Program-made: the position numbers and the translations under genes
DNA from: an uncultured virus (IMG/VR IMGVR_UViG_3300010885_025158)
Taxonomy: Duplodnaviria > Heunggongvirae > Uroviricota > Caudoviricetes
Strand: one strand, 5' to 3'
DNA: 64,000 nucleotides
Virus record (IMG/VR): IMGVR_UViG_3300010885_025158
Notes under the pieces: model-generated
What the model saw: the letters and a program-made list of their open reading frames with translations, nothing else
The model's database searches: none
Told to the model about the DNA's origin: nothing
In this document: positions 64,000 through 64,000 of the stretch, one piece after another
Layout: each line of letters starts with the position of its first letter
Position numbering within the stretch: the first letter of the stretch is position 1

Positions 64000-64000
64000 T

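Noticed and set aside
1..64000. tRNA genes, integrase/lysogeny module or stop-codon reassignment
   Set aside because: Intergenic gaps are short and explained by promoters and terminators. No cloverleaf, integrase or repressor was seen, and genes read intact in the standard code.

Overview
This 64 kb window comes from a lytic, T5-like (Demerecviridae-type) siphophage genome. The + strand (1-49.26 kb) is the late region. It begins with the 3' end of an IscA/HesB-type Fe-S carrier gene, translationally coupled to the terminase large subunit. Next come an inserted cassette (an NlpC/P60 gpK-like gene plus receptor-binding-like genes), a Dps mini-ferritin, the T5-type HNH nicking endonuclease, the portal and a fused prohead protease-major capsid gene. 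These are followed by neck and tail genes, a tail chaperone with a -1 frameshift, a 2.3k-aa tape measure protein and a non-T5 tail tip. An ~18.7 kb array of more than 20 fibre, adaptor and chaperone genes follows, then a spanin/GH19 endolysin/membrane-protein cluster and PhoH. The - strand (49.3-64 kb) is the T5-syntenic replication block: class II RNR, dUTPase, flap endonuclease, resolvase, SbcC/SbcD, glutaredoxin, SSB, SF2 helicase, family A polymerase, primase and a partial DnaB-like helicase. Six near-consensus sigma70 promoters and several intrinsic terminators are visible. The best candidates for undescribed systems are (i) the terL-adjacent protease plus split receptor-binding cassette, (ii) the apparently hierarchical fibre array built from reusable docking motifs, and (iii) iron-handling genes wired into the packaging operons. 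All family assignments are from motif recognition by eye, not from database searches.
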